From Campylobacteraceae bacterium (GTDB lineage: Bacteria > Campylobacterota > Campylobacteria > Campylobacterales > BB28), in NCBI GenBank assembly GCA_016744535.1, contig JADGEE010000006.1, forward strand, positions 78 to 64,077: a stretch of 64,000 bases of DNA. Direction: 5' to 3'. The position numbers and the translations under genes were made by a program. Shown piece after piece: positions 37,669 to 48,255 of this stretch. The first letter of the stretch is position 1, and the number at the start of each line of letters is the position of its first letter. Under the pieces are notes generated by a model. That model did no database searches and was not told where the DNA came from. It saw only the letters and a program-made list of their open reading frames with translations.

Positions 37669-39909
37669 ATGAAAAAAAAATTAGCTACTTTACTTTTAGC
37701 TACAACTACAATTTTTGCTGAAATAAAAGATATAAAACTAGAGGGTTTAAACCAAATTTCACAAGATGTTGCACTAGAACTTATTAAATTAGATAGTGGA
37801 GATAAAATTGATATTGAAATAATTGATGAATCTATAAAATTACTATTTAAACAGGGATACTTTGAAGATATTTGGGTAAATGAAGAAAATGGAGTTTTAA
37901 CATATCATTTTAAAGAGAAACCAATTATTGCAAAAATTAGTGTTGAGGGTTATTTAGATGCTGAAAGTGACGAAGAGAAGAGAAGAGAAATTTTAAATAT
38001 TAAAAAAGGTGATGTATTTAATTCAAAAAAAGTCTCTCTAGCAAAAGCGAGAATGATTCTAGCAATTGAAGCAGAGGGTTATTTTGATACAGTTATCGAA
38101 ACAAAAAAAGAGTATTTAAATGATAAGAGTGTAGAGATCTCTTTTATTGTAAATAAGGGTGAGAATATTTTTATTAAAGAGTTAAATTTTTGTGGTACAA
38201 AAGAGTTTAATAAAGAGGAAATTGAAGAGACTATCGCAAACCAAGAATCTGATTTTATGGGTTGGCTTTGGGGTAGAAATAGTGGTGAACTTAAACTAAA
38301 TGAAATTGAACTTGATGATGCTAGAATTAAAAATAAGTATATGCAAAATGGTTTTTTAGATGCGAAAGTATCGAAGCCATTTTTAAAAGTTGATTTTAAC
38401 TCTTATGAAGCATCACTTAATTATCAGATAGAAGAGGGTCTTCCTTATAAAATAAGTGCCATTGATATTATTTATGATGAAGATATAATTGAAGAAGAGA
38501 GCCTAAGAGATGGTTTGAGATTGAAAGTTGATAAAATATTTAATGTTGATACTTTTAGAGCAGATATGGAAAAGATAAAAGAGAAAATTGCTAACTTAGG
38601 TTATGCTTATGTAAATGTAGCACCTGACTTTATAAAAGATGAAGAGACAAAAACTGTTGAAGTTAAATATAGAGTAGATGAAGGTGATAAAGTATATATT
38701 AGAGATGTTTTAATTAGTGGGAATAATAAAACACTAGATAGAGTAATTAGAAGAGAAGTCTTTTTAGCTCCAAAAGATTTATATAACTTAACTGATTTAA
38801 AAGATTCAAAAAATGCACTTGGAAGAACTGGTTTTTTTGAAAATATAGAGATTAAAGAGAAAAGAATTTCAACTAATGAGATGGATTTAGTTGTTGAAGT
38901 AACAGAAGCCCCAACAGGAAATATTATGTTAGGTGGTGGATATGGAAGCTATGGTGGTATCTTAGTAAATGCAAGTGTAAGTGATAAAAATATTTTTGGA
39001 AGTGGAATAGAACTTGATTTTACAATTGATTACTCATCAAAATACTTAAGGTTTAATACAGGTGTTTATAATCAAAGAGTTTTCGATAGTGATTACTCAT
39101 TAGGAGTTAATTTATATAATAGTGAATATGAAGCTTATGACTATATTGATAAGAGAAAAGGTGGAAGTGTAAATGTTGGAAAATACTTTACTAGACACTT
39201 AAAAGGTTCATTAGCTTATCAATATGTAGATAGTGAATTAGATAATTTAGATGAAAATTCAACAAGTTTATATATATATGATGAAGCTTTTAAGAAAAGT
39301 TCTATTGTTCCATCAATTACATATAATAATACAGATGATTACTATATTCCAAGAAGTGGTTTTATAGTTAATTCTAGTTTAGAGTTTGCTGGAATTGGTG
39401 GAGAAGCAGAATTTATTAAAAGCTTTAATAGTTTTAATTACTTTTACGGAGTTAAAGATTTAATAGATTATGATTTAATTTTAAGATATAAAGCAAGAGT
39501 TGGATATATTGAAGATACTGGTTATTTACCTGTTAATGAAAAATTTTATATGGGCGGAATTAGAACAGTTAGAGGTTATGAGTCAAGCTCAATTTCACCA
39601 AGAGAATATTATATTGACCATAATGGAGAGAAGAGATATAGACTTCTTGGAGGTAAACAGACTTTTTCAAACTCAATTGAAGCCAGTATCCCTTTAATTG
39701 AATCAGCTAAAATGAGATTAGCATTTTTTTATGATTATGGGATGATTGGTGATGATAGTTTTGAAGATATAAAGAGAAGTGGAACAGGTGTTGCATTAGA
39801 GTGGATTTCTCCAGTTGGACCAATACAGTTAATTTTTGCTAAAGCACTTGATGCAGAGGAAGACGATAGAACTGCTACATTTGAATTTACAATGGGAACT
39901 AGATTTTAA
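37669..39909 (+). CDS. bamA: outer membrane protein assembly factor BamA
   Basis: POTRA repeats followed by an Omp85 barrel, C-terminal FEFTMGTRF. Start set at ATG 37669 (MKKKLATLLLA signal peptide) rather than the ORF-track TTG at 37624. Confidence 0.9.
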   Translation: MKKKLATLLLATTTIFAEIKDIKLEGLNQISQDVALELIKLDSGDKIDIEIIDESIKLLFKQGYFEDIWVNEENGVLTYHFKEKPIIAKISVEGYLDAESDEEKRREILNIKKGDVFNSKKVSLAKARMILAIEAEGYFDTVIETKKEYLNDKSVEISFIVNKGENIFIKELNFCGTKEFNKEEIEETIANQESDFMGWLWGRNSGELKLNEIELDDARIKNKYMQNGFLDAKVSKPFLKVDFNSYEASLNYQIEEGLPYKISAIDIIYDEDIIEEESLRDGLRLKVDKIFNVDTFRADMEKIKEKIANLGYAYVNVAPDFIKDEETKTVEVKYRVDEGDKVYIRDVLISGNNKTLDRVIRREVFLAPKDLYNLTDLKDSKNALGRTGFFENIEIKEKRISTNEMDLVVEVTEAPTGNIMLGGGYGSYGGILVNASVSDKNIFGSGIELDFTIDYSSKYLRFNTGVYNQRVFDSDYSLGVNLYNSEYEAYDYIDKRKGGSVNVGKYFTRHLKGSLAYQYVDSELDNLDENSTSLYIYDEAFKKSSIVPSITYNNTDDYYIPRSGFIVNSSLEFAGIGGEAEFIKSFNSFNYFYGVKDLIDYDLILRYKARVGYIEDTGYLPVNEKFYMGGIRTVRGYESSSISPREYYIDHNGEKRYRLLGGKQTFSNSIEASIPLIESAKMRLAFFYDYGMIGDDSFEDIKRSGTGVALEWISPVGPIQLIFAKALDAEEDDRTATFEFTMGTRF

Positions 39910-39926
39910 AAATTAGAAAAAACATT

Positions 39927-39946
39927 TAGGCATTAAATAATGCCTA
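39927..39946. terminator. short hairpin between convergent bamA and cheW
   Basis: taggcatt-aaat-aatgccta (8-bp stem). Confidence 0.4.
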
Positions 39947-39973
39947 TTAAAAACCTAAAATAGAGTTAAATTT

Positions 39974-40408
39974 CTATTTTTGATTTCTAATAGTATCAAT
40001 ATTTATGTTATTTACAATAGATACCAATGTGTTATCTATCTCCACTACTCTACTTACATCAATTAAATTATTTTCTCTAGTTCCAGTCTCCATAAATTCC
40101 ACTTCAGATTCATTTAAATGGACTATGTTTTCAATTGCATCAACAATTAGACCTAAAATATTATCATTATGTTTATAAATTAAAATTTTTGTTATTTCAT
40201 TTTTATACTCTTTAAAATTCAATACTCTTCTTAAATTTATAATTTCTATGGGTTGATTTTCATAAGTCATTATTCCATCTATATATATAGAACTATCTGA
40301 AACATTAGTTAAATCTTTTGATTCTATTATTCTTTGTACATTATCTAAATTAAAAGCGTAATAACCATCTTCTATTTTACAAATTATAAAATCAATCATT
40401 GCTAACAC
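39974..40408 (-). CDS. cheW: CheW-like coupling protein
   Basis: 144 aa, single CheW-like domain. Overlaps the cheA stop by 17 nt. Confidence 0.8.
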   Translation of the reverse strand: MLAMIDFIICKIEDGYYAFNLDNVQRIIESKDLTNVSDSSIYIDGIMTYENQPIEIINLRRVLNFKEYKNEITKILIYKHNDNILGLIVDAIENIVHLNESEVEFMETGTRENNLIDVSRVVEIDNTLVSIVNNINIDTIRNQK

Positions 40409-43097
40409 TCTCTAACTTATCTATTTTTATCTCTTCACTCAACTCTAATATTCCAATAGGATCAAGAACCATAATAATTTGCCCATTTCCAAGAAGTGCA
40501 GTTCCACTAATCAATGGATGATTTGCAAGCATTCCATCTAAAGGCTTTTGAACAACATCAAGTTGCCCTAAAAGTTCATTTACTACAATTGCTATTAAGT
40601 TATCTTTCACATTTAAAACAACAATTGAGAGAGGCTCATTCTTCAAGTTATCTATATTTAAAATTTCATTAATCATAATTAGAGGAATAACTTCTCCTCT
40701 AATATAAACAAAAGGTTCATTATTTAAATAAGTAATCTCATCTTTTTCAATTTTATCTGTTTCACTAACACTATCCATTGGAAAACCATAATGAATTGAA
40801 TTTAAAGATACATGAAGCAGAGTTGTAACTGCTAGTGAAACTGGAATTGCCATTGTAAGTTTTGTACCTTTTCCCATCTCACTGATTAAGGACACATCTC
40901 CACCAAAGCCTTCAATTGACCTTTTAACAACATCCATTCCAACTCCACGACCGCTAAATTCACTAATCTCTTCAACTGTTGAAAGCCCAGGTAGAAAAAT
41001 TAAATTAAGTTTTTCATTATCACTTAATTGTTCAATTTTCTCTATATCCATCAAATTTTTTTCTAAAACTTTATTTGTAACTACTTTAGAATCAATTCCT
41101 TTTCCATCATCGTGAATTTCAATAATAACTTTATCAGACTGTGGATAAGCTTTCATTAAGATGTGACCAGTCTCATCTTTACCAGTATCTTTTCTTGTTT
41201 CAGGAGATTCAACTCCGTGGTCAAGTGAATTTCTAACTATATGGATAAGTGGGTCTGCTAACATCTCAATCATATTTTTATCAAGTTTTGTATCTCCACC
41301 ATCTTGAGTTAATTTAACTTTTTTACCAAGTTTTTTAGATATTTCTCTAACAAGTTTTGGATATCTATCAAATACATAAGATATTGGTAACATTCTCATA
41401 GACATTATTAAATCTTGTAGTTGATTTGTTAATCTATCAATAAAAGAGTATTTTTCTAAAATTACTTTTCTAATTGCTTCAGCTTCAAGTTCAAATACAG
41501 ATTCTGCTAAATATGGAAGGGAATTTTTAGCCACTAAAAGTTCTCCTACAACACTCATTAAATGATCAATTGATTCTTGTTCAACTTTTACAACTTTACC
41601 AATAACATCTTTTTTTTCTGATTTTACTACTTTTACAGAAGTTTTTTGTTTTGTAGAAGTTTTTATTGTAGGAGTTGGTGTAACTATCTCCGTTTTTACA
41701 CTTTCAGTCTTAACTTCTGTTGATACTCCTAATACTTCATTAATTATATTTAATATTTCACTTTTATTTTCTAATGATTCATTAAAATCTTTACCCAATG
41801 TATTAAAACATTTTTTTGCTATAAATTTAGCTCTTTGGATTAAATCGGTATTATCATTATTCAAAAGTTGGTTTTTTTGTTGAATAAGTAACTCTTTTGC
41901 TACTTCTATATCTAAATCTGAAAAATTCTCATTAACTACTATTTCTTCTCTATTTTCACTTGCTTGTTCTATTTTATTTTCTTCTTTTTCTGAAATATCA
42001 TTTAAAGAGATAGAGGAATCATAATTAAATTTTTTTGCATCTTTTAAGGCATTAAAAAATTGACTTAATTTCGGTAAATCAGCATCTTCAATAGCATCAA
42101 TACTGTTTATTAATCTATTAATCATAATAGCTTGTTTTGAATTTTCATTCATAAGTGGTAACGACTCGAGTAGAGTATTCTTTAAATTTATACTGTCTTT
42201 TGCAATTGATAATTCAATTGATTTCTTTACTAAATCTTTTATAAAATCTATATTTTCAACTTCTCCAATATCAATAGATAAAAACGATGATATATCAAGT
42301 GGAAAAAATACTATATCGTCCAAAAAGTTATATAGTGCCTCTTCTATATCTTCATAAGTAGCCTCTACAATAACACTTATATGCAAATAAAGATTTAAGC
42401 CGTCCTCATCGTTAAAGCCACTTAAAATATTTTTGGCACTATTAGTTGAGTAGTGATTACTAATTGATAAAACCTTTTCTTCTAAAAGTGAAAGTGCATA
42501 AATAGGGTCATTCCCAAACATCATACAATCTTTATCTAAATCAAATAGTAATAAATAAACTCTTTTTTCATTAAAATTTTCTTGATTAATAGATATTTTA
42601 TTAAAAGGTAATTTAGAGTTGTAACTCTTTAGAGTTAAAGTCTTAAAATTAATTAACTCTGAGGGGTCTGTTAGAATTGTCATAGGAGATTCCCACTGAA
42701 TTTCAGTATCATCATTTTCAAGACCCATCTGTTTACATAGATACTCTACAATTTTACTCTCTATAGCTTCATCTGCTTCGACTACATCACCACTCTCTTC
42801 AGCTGCTTCAACTAAATTTAAAACTTCATCAAAAGCATCATATAAAGCACCTAACATTCCCTCTTTATACTCTAACTTTTTAGCTCTTAGCAAATCTAAA
42901 AGATCTTCTGCTTTATGAGTTATATTTTTTACAGCTTCAAATCCAACAATTCCTGAACCTCCTTTGAGTGTATGGGCAGCTCTAAAAATTGAATTTAGTA
43001 ACTCATCATCACCATTTCCTAACTCTTCAAGATTTTGTTCTATAAATTTTAAATTTTCCCTCGCCTCTTGTAAAAACTGCTCTAATAGTGGATTCAT
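40392..43097 (-). CDS. cheA: chemotaxis histidine kinase CheA (with long unassigned insert)
   Basis: 901 aa. Hpt (FRAAHTLKGGSG), dimerisation/HATPase (HIVRNSLDHG, DDGKGI, GRGVGMDVV), C-terminal CheW-like domain. Confidence 0.9.
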   Translation of the reverse strand: MNPLLEQFLQEARENLKFIEQNLEELGNGDDELLNSIFRAAHTLKGGSGIVGFEAVKNITHKAEDLLDLLRAKKLEYKEGMLGALYDAFDEVLNLVEAAEESGDVVEADEAIESKIVEYLCKQMGLENDDTEIQWESPMTILTDPSELINFKTLTLKSYNSKLPFNKISINQENFNEKRVYLLLFDLDKDCMMFGNDPIYALSLLEEKVLSISNHYSTNSAKNILSGFNDEDGLNLYLHISVIVEATYEDIEEALYNFLDDIVFFPLDISSFLSIDIGEVENIDFIKDLVKKSIELSIAKDSINLKNTLLESLPLMNENSKQAIMINRLINSIDAIEDADLPKLSQFFNALKDAKKFNYDSSISLNDISEKEENKIEQASENREEIVVNENFSDLDIEVAKELLIQQKNQLLNNDNTDLIQRAKFIAKKCFNTLGKDFNESLENKSEILNIINEVLGVSTEVKTESVKTEIVTPTPTIKTSTKQKTSVKVVKSEKKDVIGKVVKVEQESIDHLMSVVGELLVAKNSLPYLAESVFELEAEAIRKVILEKYSFIDRLTNQLQDLIMSMRMLPISYVFDRYPKLVREISKKLGKKVKLTQDGGDTKLDKNMIEMLADPLIHIVRNSLDHGVESPETRKDTGKDETGHILMKAYPQSDKVIIEIHDDGKGIDSKVVTNKVLEKNLMDIEKIEQLSDNEKLNLIFLPGLSTVEEISEFSGRGVGMDVVKRSIEGFGGDVSLISEMGKGTKLTMAIPVSLAVTTLLHVSLNSIHYGFPMDSVSETDKIEKDEITYLNNEPFVYIRGEVIPLIMINEILNIDNLKNEPLSIVVLNVKDNLIAIVVNELLGQLDVVQKPLDGMLANHPLISGTALLGNGQIIMVLDPIGILELSEEIKIDKLESVSND

Positions 43098-43107
43098 TTC
43101 ATACCTT

Positions 43108-43470
43108 TTATATTGTCAATATTTTTGCACTACTAATAAGAATATCTGGTTTAACGGGTTTTATATAATAAATGTTCGAGCCAGCTTCATAAGCTCTATT
43201 TTTATCCATATCTTCAGCTTCTGTGCTTATCATAATAACAGGTGTTAATCTGTTTTTATCACTTTTTCTAAGCTCCTCTACAAATGAGTAACCATCCATT
43301 ATAGGCATATTTACATCTACTAAAAAGAGTGAAAAGTCCACATCGATACTCTTCTCAACTGCTTCCATACCATTCTCTGCCTCTTCAACCTTATATCCAG
43401 CACTGCTTAATATCTCTTTATGATAACTTCTAACAGTTTTTGAATCATCTACTACAAGTACATTTTTCAT
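43108..43470 (-). CDS. cheY: CheY-like response regulator
   Basis: 120 aa. VVDDS, LVDVNMP, MISTE, IKPV. Confidence 0.85.
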   Translation of the reverse strand: MKNVLVVDDSKTVRSYHKEILSSAGYKVEEAENGMEAVEKSIDVDFSLFLVDVNMPIMDGYSFVEELRKSDKNRLTPVIMISTEAEDMDKNRAYEAGSNIYYIKPVKPDILISSAKILTI

Positions 43471-43480
43471 ATTAATCCCT

Positions 43481-43885
43481 TTAAAAGAACTCTATCTCTT
43501 CTTGTGCAGAGCTATCTAAACTCTTACCACTAAAAGCACTCTTTTTAGATTTTGCATCATATAATGATTTAGATAATTTATTATGTAACTTATCTAAACC
43601 ATTACTAATAATACCAGTATCCTCTCTTAATGCGTGAAGATATACATTGATATTTTTTTCAACTGAATCAATCGCTTCTGTTGTTGCACTTAACTGTTGT
43701 GATATTATATCTTGATGTTGTAAAGCTTCTATGACTTCTACATCAAGTTCAATATTGCTTTTACTTAAAAAATTACTAATATTCATCATAGATTCCCTAC
43801 TAAGTTCTACAACATCACCCTCTACATCTTTTATATGTTTTAATATTTCAAGCATAGAAGTTAAAATTTTTTCTGTATTACTCAT
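43481..43885 (-). CDS. small CheZ-like protein (putative CheY-P phosphatase)
   Basis: 134 aa. LQHQDIISQQL matches the CheZ catalytic QDxxxQ spacing. C-terminal acidic/aromatic tail EEIEFF. Sits between two cheY genes. Confidence 0.5.
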   Translation of the reverse strand: MSNTEKILTSMLEILKHIKDVEGDVVELSRESMMNISNFLSKSNIELDVEVIEALQHQDIISQQLSATTEAIDSVEKNINVYLHALREDTGIISNGLDKLHNKLSKSLYDAKSKKSAFSGKSLDSSAQEEIEFF

Positions 43886-44259
43886 TACCCAAGTCTTAAT
43901 ACTCTATTTATAGCTGCTTGAAGTTGAGTTGGATTAAATGGTTTTACAATCCAACCTGTTAATCCTAATGCTTTACCTTGTTTTTTAAGATCATCTTTTG
44001 TTTCAGTGGTAAGCATTAAAACTGGAGTTTTTTTACCATCTGGTAAATCTCTAAATGATTCTAAAAATTCAAGTCCATTCATTATGGGCATATTTAAATC
44101 AGTTATAATTAAATCTGGTATAACCTCTTTTGATTTAATAGCTTCAAGTGCATCTACTGCACTCAAATACTGCTTTACATCAATTGGCATACTAGACGTT
44201 GCTATTTTTGTTGAAGTTAGTGCAGTCTCAGAATCATCTATAAAAATTACTGTTGGCAT
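43885..44259 (-). CDS. cheY: CheY-like response regulator (second copy)
   Basis: 124 aa. FIDDSE, IITDLNMP, MLTTE, VKPF. Confidence 0.85.
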   Translation of the reverse strand: MPTVIFIDDSETALTSTKIATSSMPIDVKQYLSAVDALEAIKSKEVIPDLIITDLNMPIMNGLEFLESFRDLPDGKKTPVLMLTTETKDDLKKQGKALGLTGWIVKPFNPTQLQAAINRVLRLG

Positions 44260-44280
44260 ATTTTTTCCTTATTTAAATAA

Positions 44281-45108
44281 TTATTTTTGGTAAAATAAGT
44301 TATTGTTATACTTTTTTGGATGGAACACAGAGACTATTCTATTCATATACTCTGCGTGTCCTAAAAGTATATATCCACTGCTATTTAACATATCATAAAA
44401 TGTCATAGCCACCTCTTTTCTACTTGCATCATCAAAATATATTAACATATTTCGAGAAAATATAATATCAAATTTTCCAAGCTTTCTAATTTGTTCTTTA
44501 TCAAATACATTACACTGACTTAGTGTAATTGCTTCTCTTAAATCTGAATTTAGTTCATTATAACCCATTTTTTGAGTGAAATATTTATTGAAAACTTGCT
44601 TTGGAATAGCGTGAATTGACCTATCACTAAAAAGTCCTCTTTTCGCTTTTTCAATAACATTTGAATCTATATCAATTCCTACAATTTCAATATCTCTCTC
44701 ATTTACAACAATATTGTTCTCTACAATATGAATTGCAATAGAGTAAGGTTCTTCCCCAGTCGAACTTGGAGCCGAAAGTATTCTAATTGGTTCATCTTTT
44801 TGTTTTTTAGAGTGAATTTCAGGTAATAGATGCTTTACTAAAATTTCAAATTGATAATTTTCTCTAAAAAAGTATGTCTCATTTACAGTAATAGCATTCA
44901 TTAACTCTTGAAACTCTTTTCCATCTTTATCTTCAAACCTTAAATTAAAAAAATATTTTCTAAAATTTTCAAGATTTAAATCTTTTGCTCTACTTACTAA
45001 TTTTTTATTAACTTTTTCAAAATGTTTATCATGTTCAAGTGCAATTCCACTTTTTCTATATACATATTCACTAAGTTTTGCAAAATTCTCTTTTGAAAAA
45101 TTAACCAT
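44281..45108 (-). CDS. cheR: chemotaxis protein methyltransferase CheR
   Basis: 275 aa. TVNETYFFRE, SAPSSTGEEPYS, IFSRNMLIYF. Confidence 0.9.
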   Translation of the reverse strand: MVNFSKENFAKLSEYVYRKSGIALEHDKHFEKVNKKLVSRAKDLNLENFRKYFFNLRFEDKDGKEFQELMNAITVNETYFFRENYQFEILVKHLLPEIHSKKQKDEPIRILSAPSSTGEEPYSIAIHIVENNIVVNERDIEIVGIDIDSNVIEKAKRGLFSDRSIHAIPKQVFNKYFTQKMGYNELNSDLREAITLSQCNVFDKEQIRKLGKFDIIFSRNMLIYFDDASRKEVAMTFYDMLNSSGYILLGHAEYMNRIVSVFHPKKYNNNLFYQK

Positions 45109-45112
45109 ACTC

Positions 45113-45730
45113 TTAACCTTTTATAGATTTAATAGCACTATTTACACCAAACTCTACATAAGGGTCGTGATTAAACCTATCTTTTAAACTCTCAAGTAAT
45201 TCAATATTTTCAATTTCACCAATTTCTGCTAAGTAATCAACTGCTGTCATTGCTACATTTAAATCTGCTTCATTTTCAAGTAGTTCAATTAACATATCTC
45301 TACTCTCTGCAAACTCAACATCTCCAAGCACATTTATTGCAAAGATTCTTAAATCTCTATCTTCACCTAAAAGATACTTTACAATATAATATTTTATCTC
45401 TTTACCATAATCTCTAAGAATCGAAATTGCTAAATTTCTAACAAAAGCATTTTCACTCTTTAAAAGTTCTAATATATTCTCTATTGGTGCGTCACTTGGT
45501 TCAATTTTTGATAAAACCGAACCTATAAAAGAAGTTATGTTATGTTCATATTCAATGCTAAGAAGTTTTACTAACTCATCAACTCCATTTGAAAATTCAA
45601 CCATTTTTTCTATTGCATAATGTTTTTTATCTAGTTCATCTTCATTTTTATAAAACTCTAAACACTCATCTAAAGTATTAAATTCAATAAATGAAGAACT
45701 CTCCCCAATTGAAGCTTTTTTTAATGCCAT
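45113..45730 (-). CDS. HEAT-repeat protein embedded in the che operon
   Basis: 205 aa. Repeated helical units with VRNLAISIL / LRIFAINVLG / AMTAVDYLAEIG patterns. Confidence 0.65.
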   Translation of the reverse strand: MALKKASIGESSSFIEFNTLDECLEFYKNEDELDKKHYAIEKMVEFSNGVDELVKLLSIEYEHNITSFIGSVLSKIEPSDAPIENILELLKSENAFVRNLAISILRDYGKEIKYYIVKYLLGEDRDLRIFAINVLGDVEFAESRDMLIELLENEADLNVAMTAVDYLAEIGEIENIELLESLKDRFNHDPYVEFGVNSAIKSIKG

Positions 45731-45738
45731 AATAGAAC

Positions 45739-46797
45739 CTACCTATAACTCGTAATTTTTCTTAAAATTTTAGGAAAAGCTAACACTTCACAAGTCCCAC
45801 CTCGTAGATATGCCTCTTTTGGCATTCCATAAACTATTGCACTCTCTTCAGATTCTGCTACTGTAAAGACTCCAACCTTTTTAAGATCTACCATTCCATT
45901 AGCTCCATCATCTCCAATTCCAGTTAAGAGTACAGCTAACATTTTATTTGGTGCAAATGTATCAATTGCACTTAAATACATCTCATCAACACTAGGTGTA
46001 AAAAATCTCTTCTCTCTTGGATTTCCGTGCTTTATAATTATTTTACCTGAAACTTTTTTTCTAAAGTGTAAATGATTTCCACCCTTTGCAATATATACAA
46101 CACCTTTTAATAACTCATCATTATCACTACTCTCTTTTACTAAAAGCTTAGTTGATCTATCAAGCCGTCCTGCAAAAGCATTTGTAAATTTTTCTGGCAT
46201 ATGTTGAACAATACAGACAGCGTGAGGATAATCCTCGGGCAACCAAGCACATATCTCTTCAATTAATCCAGGACCTCCTGTACTTGAGCCAATTAGTACA
46301 ACTGAATCAGCAGACTCTCTAATAGTCGGAACTTGTTCTCTTTTATTAGAAGCACTTCTTGGTTTAATAGCTCTTCTAGCTACTCTTTTTTTAGCTAATC
46401 TACTTTTTGGAATTCTTGCAGCTGAACGAATTTTTCTAATTATATCTTGACCAGATTCTTCAATATCTACTTTAAATGTGCCAGGCTTAGCCACATAATC
46501 AATTGCACCATACTCTAATGCCTCAAGTGTTATTGGAGCATCTTCTGTTGTTAAAGAACTCACCATTAAAATAGGTGTTGGTTTCTTTGCCATAATCTCT
46601 TTTACTGCACTAAGACCATCCATTACAGGCATATTTATATCCATAGTTATCGCATTAAAATCTTCAGCAAAAACTTTGTTACAAGCATCCTGTCCATTCT
46701 TTGCAGTTTCAATTTCATACCCTGCAGAAGTTAATAGTTCACTTAACTGTTTTCTTACAAGTGCTGAATCATCAACTATTAAGATTCTCTTTGCCAT
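45739..46797 (-). CDS. cheB: chemotaxis response regulator protein-glutamate methylesterase CheB
   Basis: 352 aa. REC (IVDDSA, TMDINMP) plus methylesterase (GSSTGGP, QHMP, GIGDDGA). Confidence 0.9.
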   Translation of the reverse strand: MAKRILIVDDSALVRKQLSELLTSAGYEIETAKNGQDACNKVFAEDFNAITMDINMPVMDGLSAVKEIMAKKPTPILMVSSLTTEDAPITLEALEYGAIDYVAKPGTFKVDIEESGQDIIRKIRSAARIPKSRLAKKRVARRAIKPRSASNKREQVPTIRESADSVVLIGSSTGGPGLIEEICAWLPEDYPHAVCIVQHMPEKFTNAFAGRLDRSTKLLVKESSDNDELLKGVVYIAKGGNHLHFRKKVSGKIIIKHGNPREKRFFTPSVDEMYLSAIDTFAPNKMLAVLLTGIGDDGANGMVDLKKVGVFTVAESEESAIVYGMPKEAYLRGGTCEVLAFPKILRKITSYR

Positions 46798-46800
46798 ATA

Positions 46801-48255
46801 TTAACTCCCTATAACATCAGATATTTCATCTATATTTTCACTACTAAATATCTCATCTATTGATATTTTTAAAATCATTCTCTCACCACTATTTAATATA
46901 ATGATATCTGAAAATGTTTTATTACTTTCATCTGTTTGTGTTACAAATTCAAGTGATATTTCACTCACTTCATTCACATCATCAACTAAAAAGCCAAGTC
47001 TCATTCCTTTTACACTAGAAACTAAAATTTTTGTATCTTCACTAATACTATCTTTGAAATTCAATCTCTCTTGAAGTGAAACTATTGGGATAACTTCTCC
47101 TCTTAAATTGATAATACCCTTTACAAATTTTGGTGCTTTGGGAATAGGAGTAATACCCTCGTATCTAATAATTTCATCTATATCTTCAATATCAATTGCA
47201 AACTCTTCATTACCCAAAGAGAAAATTGCAATTTCAATAAAATTTCCTGTTTCACTCTTTACAGCTTTATTATCTGTACTTTCATCTATTGATGAATTTT
47301 TTTCTGAAACTAACTCTTTAATATATTTATTACTAAGTATACTAATTAACTCTTCGCCTATTTTTACAACTCCACTAACTTTAACATCTCTAAATTTTTC
47401 AGGCAATTTTTCAATAGATTTATTAAATATATCTTTTATATCTATAATTTTATCAATTAATAAACCAATAGTAACACTTTTATCACTGATAATTAATACT
47501 CTATTTTTATCACTAAAAGTGACTCTCTTATTGAAATTTTTTCTTAAATCAATGACAACTAAAACTTCATCTCTAAGTGTTATCATACCAACTACATCTT
47601 CACTACTATTTGCAATTGTAGTAATATTATCTGTGTTTACTATGATTTCTCTAACACTATCTATCTCTATTGCAAATTTTTCATCATCCATTTCAAAAAG
47701 TAAATATTTTTCATAATCTTGATTTTCACTGATTGAAGCACCAGATATAGATTTTTTATTTGAAGAATTTTTCTCTTTTCTATTAAGCTCAGGCATTGTA
47801 ATATTTTCAAGTAATTTATCTATACTTAAAATTTGAATAATATCTTGATTACTTTGAATAATTCCAATAACAGAACTATTTTCTATACTCTGCTCATATT
47901 CTACTTTTTGATTATCCATATCTAAGTTTTGCACAACTTCTTCAACAATTAAAGCCACTGGTAAATTTTTATATTTTATTGTAAGTACTCTACTTTTAAA
48001 GCTTTGCATATCTACAAGAGTTTCACTATTATTGAAAACCAATCCTCTTATATCAAATGCAGGAATAATATGTCCCTCAATTGAACATAACCCCCTTAGT
48101 GCTTCTGGAGTAAAAGGAATTTTGGTAATTTCAGGAATTCTTAATATTTGAATTACACTATCACTATCAATAGAGTAATTGTTATTATCTATTTTAAAAA
48201 TTAGTGCTTTTTCGAATTTTTTCATAATCTGCCTATTAGCCTTGTTGAAGCTCAT
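46801..48255 (-). CDS. triple CheW-domain coupling protein
   Basis: 484 aa with three consecutive CheW-like units (YSIDSDSV..., [11 protein letters not shown]..., [11 protein letters not shown]...). Confidence 0.8.
   Translation of the reverse strand: MSFNKANRQIMKKFEKALIFKIDNNNYSIDSDSVIQILRIPEITKIPFTPEALRGLCSIEGHIIPAFDIRGLVFNNSETLVDMQSFKSRVLTIKYKNLPVALIVEEVVQNLDMDNQKVEYEQSIENSSVIGIIQSNQDIIQILSIDKLLENITMPELNRKEKNSSNKKSISGASISENQDYEKYLLFEMDDEKFAIEIDSVREIIVNTDNITTIANSSEDVVGMITLRDEVLVVIDLRKNFNKRVTFSDKNRVLIISDKSVTIGLLIDKIIDIKDIFNKSIEKLPEKFRDVKVSGVVKIGEELISILSNKYIKELVSEKNSSIDESTDNKAVKSETGNFIEIAIFSLGNEEFAIDIEDIDEIIRYEGITPIPKAPKFVKGIINLRGEVIPIVSLQERLNFKDSISEDTKILVSSVKGMRLGFLVDDVNEVSEISLEFVTQTDESNKTFSDIIILNSGERMILKISIDEIFSSENIDEISDVIGS

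Noticed and set aside
47108-47716. 202-aa + strand ORF, and similar track entries: 919..1101, 3288..3491, 7176..7397, 11078..11401, 11817..12011, 12800..13045, 13270..13464, 15625..15816, 17501..17713, 21268..21507, 24386..24682, 28846..29064, 30478..30711, 33945..34217, 39500..39697, 42964..43248, 43731..43913, 44006..44293, 48603..49196, 49764..49976, 52310..52522, 53909..54112, 58123..58392, 58619..58906, 61215..61460.
   Set aside because: Each lies wholly or almost wholly within (antisense or alternate frame), or straddling the ends of, strongly supported genes. Each translates to low-complexity Ser/Leu/Ile/Phe-rich sequence, typical of mirror frames of AT-rich coding DNA, and carries no recognisable motif.
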